NCBI GenBank assembly: GCA_965261975.1
Contig: CBDHEC010000043.1
Location: 1 to 64,000 of the forward strand
Source of the DNA: Alphaproteobacteria bacterium
Lineage (GTDB): Bacteria; Pseudomonadota; Alphaproteobacteria; UBA6615
Direction of reading: 5' to 3'
Length of the DNA stretch: 64,000 bases
In this document: piece by piece, positions 63,751 to 64,000 of the stretch
Position numbering within the stretch: the first letter of the stretch is position 1
How the letters are laid out: each line of letters begins with the position of its first letter
Notes under the pieces: model-generated
Seen by the model: only the letters and a program-made list of their open reading frames with translations
Databases searched by the model: none
What the model was told of the DNA's origin: nothing
Made by a program: the position numbers and the translations under genes

Positions 63751-64000
63751 TCATTTGGAATCGGTAGCCAGGAAGATGATCTCCGAGACCGTGTCTTCAA
63801 TGGCCTGGAAATCGCGGGTCTGCGCTATTTCGCCGTCCGGCGCGAGGGTCTCGGTTTCCTTGCCCGGGAACAGCCGCAGATACTTGCCGCCGAGCAGTCC
63901 TTCGGCTGTCACACCGGCCTCGGTGTCGACCGGCAGACGGAGATCGCTGCGCACGGTGAACGTCACGACGGCCTCGAAGGTTTGATCGTCGAGCTTGCGA
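63751..64000 (-). CDS. mlaD: MlaD/MCE family lipid asymmetry protein, C-terminal part (runs off window end)
   Basis: LPVDTEAGV.AEGLLGGKYL.L.PG...DGEI..T. Adjacent to DUF2155. Confidence 0.8.
   Translation of the reverse strand, partial: RKLDDQTFEAVVTFTVRSDLRLPVDTEAGVTAEGLLGGKYLRLFPGKETETLAPDGEIAQTRDFQAIEDTVSEIIFLATDSK

Overview
A GC-rich (roughly 60-65% by eye) core-chromosome window of an alphaproteobacterium. The gene order resembles Rhodospirillales-type genomes, which is inferred from synteny and not from a search. It holds about 60 mostly housekeeping genes: metY; ihfA-fabH-plsX-rpmF; bamE; hppA; thiL-nusB-rib-nrdR-glyA-rpiB; mucR; gcdH; hemB; motAB; a TRAP transporter; bioY; parC-recO-era-rnc-lepB-acpS-pdxJ-rsh-rpoZ-folK; hppD; ornithine decarboxylase; aroQ-accBC-aat. 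There is one tRNA-Pro(GGG) and one CGTC-type REP doublet. I saw no prophage, IS, integrase, CRISPR array or defence system. The best candidate for an undescribed system is at 25.2-26.9 kb. There a MarR regulator with a Cys-rich C-terminal tail is divergent from an RpoH-family sigma factor. The sigma gene has a sigma70-type promoter bracketed by two copies of a palindromic operator, each centred on a GANTC (CcrM) site. Other items of note are a TRAP transporter with much enlarged membrane subunits, stator and FliL-like genes with no other flagellar genes in the window, and several broken reading frames that may be pseudogenes or assembly errors.
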